From: the human T2T-CHM13v2.0 reference genome, Homo sapiens
Assembly: GCF_009914755.1 (NCBI RefSeq)
Contig: NC_060947.1
Strand: one strand, 5' to 3'
DNA: 64,000 nucleotides
Below, piece after piece: positions 46,548 to 60,375 of the stretch; position 1 is the first letter of the stretch, and each line of letters starts with the position of its first letter. The notes under the pieces were generated by a model. The model worked only from the letters and a program-made list of their open reading frames with translations, searched no databases and was not told where the DNA came from. Position numbers and translations under genes: made by a program.

Positions 46548-48257
46548 CCCTACATCAAAAAATCTGAAACAGCACAAATAGACAATCCAAGGTCACTTCT
46601 AATGGGACTGGAGAAACAAGAACAATTGAAAGCCAAATCCAGCAGAAGAAAATGAATAATGAAGATCAGAGCAGAACTAAATGAAATTGAAAAAAAAATT
46701 GAAATAAAACAAAAAACTGGTTCTTTGAAAAGATAAATAAAATTGATAGCCCATTAACCATTAACCAAGAAAAGAGAGAAGATTAACCAAGAAAAGAGAG
46801 AGGATCCAAATAAGCTCAATTAGAAACAAAATGGGAGATATTACAACTGATACCACAGAAATACAAAAGATTATTCAAGGCTACTATGAACACCTTTGCA
46901 GGCATAATCTAGAAAACCTAGAGGAGATGGATAAATTCCTGGAAGTATATAACCCTCCTAGATTAAACCAGAAAGATATAGAGTCTCCGAACAGACCAAT
47001 AACAAGCAATGAGATTGAAATGGCAATAAAAAAAATTACCAAAAACAAAAGTCCAGGACCAGATGGATTCACAGCTGAATTCTATCAGACATTCAAAGAA
47101 GAATTGGTACCAATCCTATTAACACTATTCCAAAAGATAGAGAAACAGGGAATCCTCTCTAAGTCGATCATTCTCTAAAGCCATTGTCACCCTAATACCA
47201 AAACCAGGAGAGGATATAACAAAAAAAGAAAATTACAGATCAATATCCCTGATAAACATAGATGCAAAAATCCTCAACAAAGTACTAGCAAACTGAATCC
47301 AACAGCATATCAGAAAGATAATCCACCATGATCAAATGGGTTTCATAAGAGGGATGCAGGAATGATTTAACATACATAAGTCAATAAATGTGATACACCA
47401 CAGAAACACAATTAAAAGTCACACAATTATCTCAATAGACACAGAAAAAGCATTTTACAAAATCCAGCATCCCTTTATGATTAAAACCCTCAGAAAAATC
47501 GGCATCGAAGGGACATACTTAAAAAAAAAGTCATCTACAACAAACCCACAGCCAACATTATACTGAACAGGGAAATGTTGAAAGCATTCCCCCTGAGAAC
47601 TAGAACAAGACAAGGACGCCCACTCTCACTACTTCTATTCAACATAGTACTGGAAGTCCTAGCCAGAGCAACAGACAAGAGAAAGAAATAAAGGGCATCC
47701 AAATTGGTAAAGAGGAAAAATAAAAACGAAAATATTTAGGAATATACCTAGCCAAGGATGTGAAAGATCTCTACAAGGAAAACTTGTAAGATCTCTACAA
47801 GGAAAACTACAAAACACTGCTGAAAGAAATCATAGACAACACAAACAAATGCAAACACATCCCATGCTCATGGATGGGTAGAATCAACACTGTGAAAATT
47901 ACCATACCGCCAGATGCAATCTACAAACTCAATGTTTTGAGTGTCAGAGAAATGAGACACGATACCGACTCATTTAATTATGTAGCACAGTAGGTATTGA
48001 AATGGAAATACGGCAAAAATGCCATAGGGTCCAGAAAATAGAGTACCCTTAATTTGAATAATAGGGAAAGACTAAACAGAGGGAGGGGCTGTTTATTTGA
48101 GGCATTGTTTCCAGGAGAAGAAGAAAAGAGTTAAGTTGGTTTTTTCCTTATGCCTTGCACCTAGCCTAGGGTCTGCCCTCTGGTAAATGCCTGATAGTAA
48201 TTAATTAAATAGTCAACCAATTACTAGAGTTGATTGAGAATGCTCAATCAATGACTC

Positions 48258-48701
48258 TGTAGTATAGACTGAGACTACCATGAATAGGCTTTCCAACCAC
48301 CTTGGAGATCACATACATCTGGGTGGACAATTTCTGCACAGGACCACAGATTCAAGCCTCACACTCCTGTGTCTCTGCACTCAAAAATTTTCTCTGGATG
48401 CTGGAAATGCTGGCAAGTGAATCCCCTGGCTGAATCCCGATCTGGTTGTAATTAAAGAGAGATGAGATTTGTTAGTCCCTAGTGGAAGACAACTCTGAAG
48501 TGTGTTCCACAATCTTGCAGAGGTTTTGTAGTGGGACTGAGTTTCTGTAGCCCACAGCAATTTCCTGTGCATCAACATATCAACTACTAACCCAACTGTT
48601 TTCCTGTCTTACCTCATTTCTTCATCATGTTTCTCATGCTTTCTACTTGCACTCAAATCTTCATTTCAAGATCTGCTTTGGGAAAACACCCGACTAACAC
48701 A
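48258..48701 (+). mobile_element. LTR16-family (ERVL) LTR
   Basis: Ends 'cttgcactcaaatcttcatttcaagatctgctttgggaaaacacccgactaacaca', like the LTR16 3' terminus. Confidence 0.65.
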
Positions 48702-50214
48702 ATCACTATACATTTTTCTAATCCATAGGAACTGGCAAACAGTGTTAAAATATGGGGATAATAATGACATCGAATTACATATATTATTTAGATCTCATGT
48801 CATTGCCTCTGAAACCAGAGGGACTTGTTCCTTTGTATCTTTGGGTACCTGCAACACTCTATCATACTATAAAATAATTTAAGAAAAATCTCAGGACTTA
48901 AGTAGTCATCTGTTAGACACTGATGCTTTGGAATATGTGACAGCAGAATAATTTGGCAGAATTAAAAAAAAAGGAAAAGCACTTGGTTGTGCTTAGGAAG
49001 TAAGTGTACGCTAACAGATTGTGTTGTGTAGAACTGCTTTGCATGTTAACTAAATGTGGAAACACATCTGTCCCTAAAAGTAGTGACTCAGGGAACTCAA
49101 TCTTAATTCAGGCATTTCAAGAATAAAACATAGTACCAGCCAACCCACTTACGGAACTATCAAACCAAATAAATGCCAAAACCTCATTGATTGATTTAAT
49201 GACCCAGAAGCTATAATTAAAATATTACTTTTATAATCTATTTATTACAAATAGAAAAAGTAATCATTACGTGGGCTTCTGAAATAATTTTCAGTATTAT
49301 TTATAGAATTCAGAAACTAAGTGGGATCTCAAAAGGTTATTCTATGTATTTCTTTGCTGCAAGGCAGAAGTATTCATCTCTTTGTATTCATCTCTTACAA
49401 GACAAATGGATATCCCTCCAATTCTTGAAGATTCACAGGCTAAAAGCTTTCAACAGCATTGTAATTTTGCTTTTGAATTTCAGTAAACAGATGCTCAAAT
49501 TTTATGATAAATGTATATAAGTATACAAGGTAATTTTTATGTCATCTCACTCTTTTAAAATACAGATGAAACATACCAGCACTCTATTTCTTATTAATGT
49601 TTTAACTGCTACACATTTTTCATAATCTCTTGACTAATGCATGGTACCTGGAACCCTGTAGAGACAGAACATTGATAAAAACACAAAGATGCCTAATAAT
49701 GATTCTTGACCTTTGGAAAATAGCATTATTCCTCCTATTTTTAGGCCATATACAAAGTTATGTCAATGCTCCTGGTTTTTGGTAGAGTCTTGAATAAACA
49801 CTACATATTTGCATTGCTGTTTGAATCCTAAATTTGAAGAATAGGCCAATGATTTTTACTGTTCTTTTTATACTATTAAAAATGACACAATAAAAAAGTC
49901 AGAAAAGGACATAGATTGTCACTGATGAGATAAATACATTTATGATGCAGACCAATTATACTGTGAGAATTTCTATATGTTTTTAATGACAATAAAATCA
50001 TATTTTTCATGTTATTTTTCTCAGTGCTGATGGTCACGGCTTAGCAGTAATGGCACAGCAAACATCCCCAAAGTCTCCCTGGTCTTTGCCCTCTGCAAGT
50101 CGAGCGGGGAATCACTTCCCGTGAATGATGATTGTAAAGAAACGATCTTCAGCACACAGGCTTCATGCCAAAACGATTGACAACAGGAAAAATATCTTTC
50201 GGAAAGCAAGAAAT

Positions 50215-50706
50215 GTAATTTTCCCCGTTCTTTCTATCCAGCCTTTCCCTTGGGCAGCCACACATCTGTCGGCCCTACCTGTGAGCCCAGATGCTGCAGC
50301 AGTGAACAGCTCCTTTCAAGTTTCACCCACTTTTCCTTGACAATATCACTCTTTAGGGGCACACTATGCATCTTATGCATTCTATCCTGGACCTTCTCCA
50401 ACATGTGCTTTGTAGAACTCTGAGATGACCCCTGGGCGTGCTTCATAGCTGAGGAATTAATTAAATTAATCCTCCTGAGGCAACTATCAGTCCACAGGCG
50501 ATGGGTGCTGTTGGATAAAGGCTTCTCTCTATGGTGAAATTGCAAAGTCTTTTCGTATACTCCTAAGCAGAAAGGGGAGCACTGAACTCGTGTGCCCAAA
50601 CTCTTCCATTCCTTACCCTTGATTTCTGAGATCAGCAATGGAATAAACCACGTACACAAAGTTCTTGTTTGAGGCTTTGCTTCTGGGAGAGGCCCAGAAT
50701 AAGATA
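50215..50706 (+). mobile_element. LTR16-family (ERVL) LTR
   Basis: Ends 'aataaaccacgtacacaaagttcttgtttgaggctttgcttctgggagaggcccagaataagata'. Confidence 0.6.
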
Positions 50707-50718
50707 ACTAACTAACTA

Positions 50719-50915
50719 ACTTCCTTCCTTCCTTCTTTCCTTCCTTCCTCCCTTCTTTCCTTCCTTCCTCCCTCCCTCCCGCTCCCCCTTCCTTCCTCCC
50801 TCCCTCCCTTCCTTTCTTTCCTTCCTCCCTCTCTCCCCCTTTTCTTTTCCCTTTCCTTTTCCTTTTCTTTTCCTCTTCCCCTTCCCTTCCTTCCCTTTCC
50901 TTCCTTCTCTCTCTT
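50719..50915. repeat. Polypyrimidine (TTCC/CT-rich) tract
   Basis: About 195 bp of almost pure C/T. Confidence 0.95.
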
Positions 50916-53329
50916 ACACTTTCTATGTCTTATCTGTCTTATCTATCATCTGCATTAAACATGATTTAAAAAAATGAATGCTAAAAAGTCATTCTAAAGA
51001 AACATTTGTGTATTAAAGACAAGTTTATCTGAATCAGTAAAAGCAGATCATTTCTAATCAATAATTTTTCCTTTAGTGATGAAAGACCAAGTTTCCCTGT
51101 ATTTGAGGAAAGATGACATGGTGGTTGTAACAGGAAAATTTGAGTAAGGTCAGGAACAGAAAGTACATGATAGAGCCTCTTTAACGTATAAATTAGATTA
51201 CAAATATAGTGTGTGCCTGTTTTTTTTTTTTTTAAGAAAAGACACAAATAAAGCACGATAATATAAAGTACATTCTCTACCCTACCTCATTCTGATAATC
51301 TGCTCTCTATCATTAGTGAGCTACGTAAATACTTTTCTAGATTTCCTAGTCTTATTTTCATAACAATAACACTATGACTTGCTGCTTGTTTTTTCATTTA
51401 GCAATATCCAGGAGATACCTTTTTTATTTGATTTTTCTTCCAGTCATGAACTGCTTACTATAGCTATTATATGCATGGAACATCAGCCAAGTCCAGCTCA
51501 AATTAGATCATCCTTGGCATTTCCCTACGTTAAATGTTATGTCTATAAGTCCAGCGAGGAATAGTATCCAGTCTTATACTATGAGCATACATTCCTGGCT
51601 TAATCATCTCTAGAGATTTGTCACTCCTGCTTAAAAATGATAGGGCAGGCAACTCCAGTGCATGAAATCATCCAGCATAAATCCATGTCCAAACTCTAGC
51701 CAGTAACCTCTGGGAAAGGTGAGGTATAGAAGAGACGTTCCATTTGGAACTGCTTCTACTCTACAAGCTATTTCATCAAAACATTCATTCAGCCTGTGCT
51801 GAGTGTCTTTGAAACAGATTCACTAGAGTGGCCTTCAGAGGGCCACAGGCAGCTATGGGCGATGTCTTCTAATACTCCCTCTCAGTCAATGTGGACAAAC
51901 CCTAACAAGGAGAAACACTGGAGGCATCAGAGTTTAAACGTAAATGAGTTGATGTATTGACGTTATTTGCTTGATAATGGATGATTCCCAAATCTTGAAT
52001 TTTAACTCTTTCCTTTTGTGTGGGCAACTGGGAGGGCTCAGCATTTCAAGTAATCCTGCTGTGAATCTTTCCATATAACAAAAATTCATTATCTGAAGTA
52101 TCAATATTTTTATGTGTAAACTTTGCTTTTGTTCTCCTGCATATTATTTTCTTGAAGAAGTGCCACTTCAATAATCAGTCTGATTTTAATAATCTCAAAG
52201 AACCATTTTTCATATTGGAAGAACTATAAGTTTTGGCTTGCTATATATCTCAAAGAAATAAAAAATTCTCTATTTCAGCAAAGAGAGTATAATTTTAAAG
52301 ATAACTAAGTTGTTGGGTTTTGGTAATCATCCAAGTAATAGAGCTTATAGGATTCCCTACCCAAGAGGCATTCACTCCCAGCCTGACCCCGCCAGGCCCG
52401 GATCATGCCTGCAATTTGAAAATGTGCACATGGATACTTTAATATGGCATTATTATGAAAGTATGAAATAAATACATAGTTATCAGCAATGATAGCACAA
52501 ATGCTAGGAACTTTTCAACACAGAGTACAGTATTCATGTTGAAATCAGATTTACAAAAATAATGAGATATGTGTTTTTGGGACAGTATGTATTAAAGGCA
52601 ATGTCCTGACATGGGTGTAGCAGAGCTCATATGCCACACTTTGTTTATTAAAATCAAAACTCTGGCACAAACTCTTGAGCAAAACCTCTCTTTCTCTCTG
52701 TCTCATCATAAAATAAGTTTACAGCTCATTCATTCATTGCGTTCACGTGGATTCAGTTCAGAACTTGGTTCAACAGAGAATACACTTGACAGCTGTCTGA
52801 CCTGAGATGTGTAGCTTGCTTGATCTTTTTTATTTCATTTTATTTTCCATTCTGCCATTTTGAAATCTCTTCAGGACTGTATCTGAAGCTATTCTTCTGA
52901 AGATTCTATGCTGTGATATTTTTACATTTCACTGTTCTTGTTTGGGATTAAAATATTATATAGGTTAATTCCGAACTTGAAATCTCTCACCCAAAGACAA
53001 TTATCCATAAATAAAAATAGCATAATATCATTACTTTTCAATCATAGGTAGAGATATAGATATCATCCATATATTGATTTATAATTACATCTATATGTAT
53101 GTATCAGTGCTCCAAAAAATAAATATCTGAACAATTTCAAGTGGCTTTATTATGAGCAGAACTAAATCATATTGTTTTACATGGACATTGGCTAATTCAA
53201 TTCTGTAGCAAGAACTTCTGAATAATACTGATTCTGGGACATAAGACTAGCCAAACCTAGCGTTGGTTCCATCAGATTACTGACTTTTCTACTGTTTATA
53301 CACTCTGTGCTTTGTAGGGAACAACACCT

Positions 53330-53720
53330 CTCTTTTCTGCTTAAAACTCCCAGGGCCTCACCATCATATACACGGTAAATCTAAAACACAGCATCATATA
53401 AGAAGTCGTATAAGAAACCACTAATAAGAAACCTAGTAGTGGTTTCTTGTCTCTATGAGCCTGCTTTCATCTCCCCCTCTTTCTTACCATGCATCGTATC
53501 AGTTTTCCCAAAGAATCCAAGAACTAGATGGAAATACCATACACTATAAGACTCCTGGGACATTTTATTTGAGTTATTTCCTGCATCTGGAATATTATTC
53601 CATTCCCTTCTTTCCAAGAATCTACAAAACCCAGCTCAAAAGTCACCTGATCCTGTCACTAGAACCTCTTAGACTGAATTAACCACTCTTTCCTGTTTCC
53701 CCGTAATATTTCATACATTA
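53330..53720 (+). mobile_element. L2 remnant
   Basis: 'ctgcttaaaactcccagggcctcacc..aaaacccagctcaaaagtcacct'. Confidence 0.55.
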
Positions 53721-55781
53721 ATGAGGGAATAGATCTCTCCCTATTTAACACCTCCTCACAACAGGGCAAGAATTTAAGTTGGGCTTATAGCATGTATCTA
53801 TATGTACAGTTCTGTTGGTTTTGCATCAAACCTAATGGTGTGATTGATTGGATTATCATGCTGCAAACCATACAAACTGAAAAAGTGATAAAAGTTAATA
53901 CATTATTGACCTCTTGTATAACATTTTTCTCACCATGAAATGAGACCCAAATATATCATAATCAGATTTTACAGTGGTAGTATTTTAATTTCAATGAGCC
54001 CTCTTATAATGCATTGAATAAAATGTCATGAGGTACAAAATATCTACCAACTATATTATAGGTTTCGTTTTTTTCCTAAAAAATATAAAGCTATAAACAT
54101 ATATCACTGGAAGGACTGTCCCATGAACTCATGGAGTAGATTTTATCAGCAAACTGTCAGTGGGTTGATTTGAAAGACACAGAGGAAAATCCCATAAAAA
54201 TACATTTTCCCCCTTTGCTGGAATTCCACAAATATTTGAGTTTTCCTGAGTACATAGTCACCTTTCTGTTAAAATTCCAGTATTCATTATGGCATTATTA
54301 ACCACAAAGCTAGAATTTGAAAATGTGGGGGACATTCAGGTGTATGGATACAAGAAAATTTTTCCCCTTTTTTCACTAAACCATTTTTATGAACTGTCAT
54401 ATTGCACAGAACCCTAACACAGAGATATATTAAAACAGCTGTTCAGGCTGCATTAGAAGGGCTACTCCACGGTATTCTTGTAGAACCCAGTGTGGATGGT
54501 GGCCCTTCTGGGTGAGAGCAATATGGCACTCGCACTGGTGCCCACCCCCTTCTCACCCTTACCCCTTGGGTGTTCATGGGATCAACTCTCTGTGCCATAA
54601 GAGTTCCTCCATATTTAGTATGGAAAACCATTGACTCGACTCACTTCGTTATTTTACCTGAGGCAGTTGGAGTAAGTGAATTACCAAAGGCATGCATTCT
54701 CAAAAAATGCTCTCGGTGGGAAGTGGCAAAAAAAATCGTACTATACTTATATATCAAGTAAGATACAGTACAGTACATAAACAGATGTATTTCTGTGATA
54801 TTAAAACTTTATGTCGGCTTGATTAGGAAAAAATGGTCTCAGAAGCCTCCTTGGAAGGCGATAACGAAAAAAAAACAAAGAGATTCTTTCTTCTACATCT
54901 TAGCGGATGTTGTAAGGCTTGAAATTGCACAGAAGGGGAAGTGAAATGAGAACTCTGGCTGCTTGGAGAAGTTGGACTAATGGAGATACCAGAGAGAAGA
55001 AATGTACCCGAGGATCTACTCGAATAAAAATGGATCTAATCTGAACTAAGTGACCAACACAGAGGAGAAGGCTTTATTTTTCTTTAACACTGCCCTCAAA
55101 CATACTGCATCCTAGGGACCTTTTTTCCAACTCCCAAAGACGTCTTGACCATTCCCATAGCTTTCCAGACATTTCCAACGGTGCGGGAAAGTCTCCTTGT
55201 TGTAATTAAGTCTTATTTTCTTGTATTAAAATGTGCTTTCCAGTTTAAATTTTGATTTCAAATTTGGATCCAATACTGAGCTTCTCTTTTTACCCCAAGC
55301 TGAGGCTTAGGGACATGTAGAAGAACAGAGATGGTTCCACTCTTTCCTCCGCCTCCTTTTCCCACTTTGCCTCTTCCAGATTTGGGGCAAGAAAAAGAAA
55401 GGGGAGTTCGTTCTCTGAACTAGTCTTGTTATTAATATTTCAGGATTCTCTTGGCTAAGGCTGGTTGGTGATCAGTGTGGACGCTATGGCATGTGTATGA
55501 GGGTAGAACATTGGTCTTTCCATGGGTTGGCCCAGGAGCTCTTTGGGAGGCCCACGGGGTGCTGAGCATTGCACAGCTGCCTGCTACGGCAGTGTTCTCT
55601 AGATTGCCTCCCTCTGACCTTCCAACCTCCTTCCCCAAGGGTTACAGACCCAGGCTCCTACGGCTGAAGTTCTCCAGGGCTGTACCACTTTTACATACTA
55701 ACTTGAACATACTAACTTTAAGATAGACCTCAGCCTGGTGCCCTTTTCCATTGTCCATGTAACTAAGGAAAAACATACTCT

Positions 55782-56157
55782 GGAAGGGCATGGTGGATGG
55801 CCGACGCCTGTAACCCCAGCAGTTTGGGAGGCCGAAGCAGGCGATCACTTGACGTCAGGAGTTTAAGACCAACCTGGCCAATGTGGCAAAACCCCATCTC
55901 TACAAAAAATAAAAAAAATTAGCCAGGCATGGTGGTGGGCGCCTGTAGTCCCAGCTACTCAGAAGGCTGAGGCAGGAAAATCTCTTGAACCAGGGAGGCG
56001 AGGTTGCAGTGAGCCGAGATTGTGCCACTGCACTCCAACCTGGGTGACAGAGCGAGACTCCTCCATCAAAAAAAAAAAAAAAGAAAGAAAGAAAAGAAAG
56101 AAAGAAAGAGAGAAAGAGAGAGAGAGAGAGAAAGAGAAAGAAGGAAGAAAGAAAGAA

Positions 56158-56201
<44 letters not shown>

Positions 56202-56220
56202 GGAAGAAAGAAAGAAAAAA
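55782..56220 (+). mobile_element. AluS with ~150-bp (GAAA/GA)n expanded tail
   Basis: Alu body to ~56067; imperfect TSD gaaaaacat(ac/gt)tct at 55768-55781 and 56221-56234. Confidence 0.95.
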
Positions 56221-56342
56221 GAAAAACATGTTCTTATCACATCAAGTGGAGGGTGAAGGGATATAGACACTCCCCTCCCTCACCGCACACCATGCACCCT
56301 CTCCTTGCTTTTGGCTATTCCAAGCTTCTCGGGCCCTCGGGA

Positions 56343-56662
<320 letters not shown>

Positions 56663-59622
56663 TAGATACCACTCACCTTCTTCATGTAGACCCTCAAAGT
56701 CTCAGGGACATATGCAAGGCCCTCCAAGAACATTCCAAAACATATGGCCACACCCAAAAGGCAGGAAAGTAAGTCAAGTTCTGCAAATCAGTAAGCATTC
56801 TGTTAAGTAACATGCCTATCTGTCATGCTTGATCCCTTGGAATGGCTCTTTTGAACTGCCCCTTCCCTATCATGAAATACAGGGAGCCCTCACTTTCACC
56901 CTTAATGGCATAAGTCTTCTATTTGGATGATAACCTATTATAAGCACACATTCACTATTTTTGATAAAATTCTCTTGAATTTGTACCCTTCTTTATGGGC
57001 CACAGGTAGGTGATTGGTAGGTTGTCACAGGACATGATGTGCCATCTTTATTCTAAGTAATAAAATAATGTGTCCAGAAATTCTTTTTATGAATATAGGA
57101 ATAGTTAGAGACTACTGTCTTCAGCCCCTATTTAACCTCATGGTACTATATGTTGCCAAGGTCTGTGTTTCACTCTGAGGTTTAGCAAAACGTACTTAAC
57201 TCTGCATTATATAAAATATTAGCTATGAGGAAAAAAAATACCACTTTGATGTATAAACTTTTTCACTCTCTTCCATGTAATTATTTAGGCCAAATGACTT
57301 CAGTATAAATTTTCAAATTTAGTTTTTAAAAATGTTCATTATGCCACCTGGAAACATTTAAGCCCACAGGGCCAAGAAATTATAAATTGGTGTAATAAAA
57401 TAGCTCAAGTATGCCACAGCTAAGTAAACTTCTCTTTTAAATTGTTGAATCTAACATATCACTGAGTCTTTTTGAGTGAAAATAGAAGTGTTCTGTTCAT
57501 CAAGCAAAACAGCTTAGGTTTCCATCCTGAAATGGCCGGTACTGCCGCTACAGGGCATAAATAAGACCGTAAAGTCTGGCTTTCCTGATCCTAGAACTCC
57601 GGATCCATACATTTTTTTTTTTCTTCTAGCCAGCATCTGCTCAAGAACCCAGTGCCTTTCAGCTAGGTTCTCTAATCAAGTCAGCTACCTCGGGCAGGCA
57701 GTACCCAGCTTCATTCCCCAAATACTTCAAACAAAACTATCCTAAATAGGACTTGTCCTCTCAGAACCACCATTTATCTGTCATTTGCAAAACATCCTTT
57801 AAACTTCTGCACAGAGGTTATTACTGTTTATTGCATTGCTTCTTCCAAAACCCTGTATGTTCCAATATCTGCAGAACTGCATCTGAGAGACCCTCATCCC
57901 AATGGAAGGAAGGATATCTGAGCATGAAATTTCAGGCATCCTACCGGGGGATATTTGGGGAGCACTTTCTTCAGGGATCTTCAAATTGCATCAAAGAGTG
58001 AAACCCTGAGTCTTTCTCTGAGCACATCTCCTCCAAGAAGCTCCTTTTCCTTTCTCTGTGTTCCTGAAATGTTTTGCTTTGTTCTGTTTCTTGATCTAAT
58101 TATTGAGTTTATTGATTATGCAGCAGGGTGCAATTTTCTTCTGTGCATAAGATTACTTGTTTATTTTGAAAGAAATAAGCTTATGCTTTTGGTAGCCTGA
58201 AAAACCCCAGAGAAAGTAATGGGTTGAGTTTGGTTCACTGCTCAGCTTTCCCAGCTGTAGCATAAAGGAGAGATGAGTTTAAGGATGCAGCTAAATGAAG
58301 ACATCATGACTTCAGGCAGGGCTTTCATCCTAGGTACGGTTCTCTGAAATGAAACTGGTTCTCTTAGATATGTGTTCTTTTTCTCCTCTGTAAACACAGC
58401 AGGTTATCCAAGATCCAGGAAGCAGACATTCTTTTGCTCTGATTTATGGTGTGCGGGAATTCGTGTAGCTGCCGCAGAGTTGTTGCACACTGAGTAGGAG
58501 ACTCTCACCCATTGCATCATTCATTCCAATAACAAGAGGAGAAATCATTTGCCCTTATTTCTGTTTCTTGATCTCTGTTGCAACATGTTGTATGCCATCT
58601 GAGGTGTTTCATAAGCTTATTCCATTTGGAATCTACCACAAAGCTTCATTATGGGGAATCAGTTCTTGAATTCACAGGATTATTTTGGGAATATGGAAGC
58701 ATGGATCTTTTCTCATGGAGATCCAGATACTGAAAGCAGGTCTATGACTCTTATTTGAGGAGGTCTGATAGAGTACGATGAATCAGAGGAAGAGGATTTG
58801 CATGTGTTCCTGTTTTACACAATTTGTTATTTCATATTAAACTCTGTGTTATTCCATCTCGTAAGAAAATAAAAAGGCTACAAAAATGTCTAATTTTAAG
58901 GAGATACAAACGAGTTGTTGTAGATGGGCCAATCTATAACGATTTAAAACAGACATTTTCTTTAGAGGAAAAGATATTTTACTTTCAAGTAAAAAGTGGT
59001 TTCTTTTTTGTGTGTGATGAAAAAGAGAAAAACAAGAAATGCAGACAGAAGAGCCAAACCACTGTCACCCACCTCATCCTTGGAGAATGCCTCCCAGGAC
59101 TGAGAGTGAGGCCAGGGAGGCCGCCACACAGCAACAAGATCTGCGCGAGGCACAACAGAAGGGAGCACTTGGCGGACCCTGAGTATGCTGTCTTCAGAGT
59201 CCTCATAAATCAAACCAGGTCTGTCTGAGATCGTGGCATGGGAGAGGCCAAGCTCAAACAGACCTAATTGAAAGTGTGTTTTATAGAACTGAATCACTGC
59301 AGCTTGACCGTACGTCTAAACGTAAAAGTCGAATTAGACAGAAGCTGCTTTAAATTGTCCTAATGAGCAACCTGCCAAGTCTAACTGTTGATGGGATCAA
59401 TGTAAGTTTTATTATAGTTTTGCTTTTTTTAATGAGCAAACAACTCATTTATAGCTCCTTAAAATTAGACTTTTTTTTAGCCGCTTTTTTCCTTGAGCTT
59501 AATATGAAATAATAAATTGTGAAAAAGCAGGAACATATGGATACATAGGCTCTGTTTGTGAATCTGGATCTCCGTGAGAAAAGGTCCACTCTTCTATATT
59601 CCTAAAACAAGCCTGCTAGTTT

Positions 59623-60375
59623 ATTTATTTGACCCAACTAGAGGTCTCCCAATGGGCCAGAGATGGAGTCACCTGCATGGTGGGGTGTGTGTGTGTGTGT
59701 GTCTACGCATGCTCGCGCGTGTGTTCTTACTGTTATTTTATTTTTTAATCTCTTAAATGTTTATGGCCAAGGGTGTTGCCTCCAAATTGCAAATAGTTTC
59801 CATCAGCAGATTCTCTGCTAATTTGAGAGCTCTTCTTCCAAGTAACTATTGAAAGAGGTAAATTTCCATTTGCAGGAAAAGGCTTTTCCACTAGTGTTGG
59901 TTATTGACCTAAAAATACATAGATGTAAACTGCTACTAAGTCTTTTTCATTTTCCTATTATTCAGGTATTCTGGCATCAATAAAAGTATCCTTTTTTCTC
60001 CCTTACTTTGGAAAGTTAAAATTCTGGGAACCTCCTTTCCTCATCCAACAATGATCTTTTGTATCTTCATCCCAGTTGAAGAGTCTGGCACACAAACAGC
60101 CTAGCCTATTCATCCTGAGAGCAATTTTACATATGCAAGACTGAAGCCAAGATTAATCTCTTCATCCAGACATGCTCACTCAAATACATTCTGGTTACGT
60201 TCAAACTCTGAGATCATTAAGATGAGAACATGTTCCTGATCAATACATCTGCTCTGGCTCTCATGGCCATCCCTTTGTTGCAATTCAGTCATCCAAATGG
60301 ATTTTTAGTAGAATGACATTTATTTGGCCCAACTAGAGGTTTCCCAATGGGCCAGAGATGGCGTCACCTGCACGG
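59623..60375 (+). repeat. Dispersed 58-bp direct repeat (59623-59680 and 60318-60375)
   Basis: Ungapped, 54/58 identical, offset 695 bp. Confidence 0.92.

Noticed and set aside
54443-54761. GC-richer unique segment as a possible coding exon
   Set aside because: Only short ORFs with no protein similarity I recognise, and splice sites are unconvincing.
58824-59297. Overlapping 134-aa (+) and 111-aa (-) ORFs with a minus-strand GAG|GTGGGT donor-like site near 59071
   Set aside because: They have non-ATG starts, no recognisable domain and no convincing exon chain.
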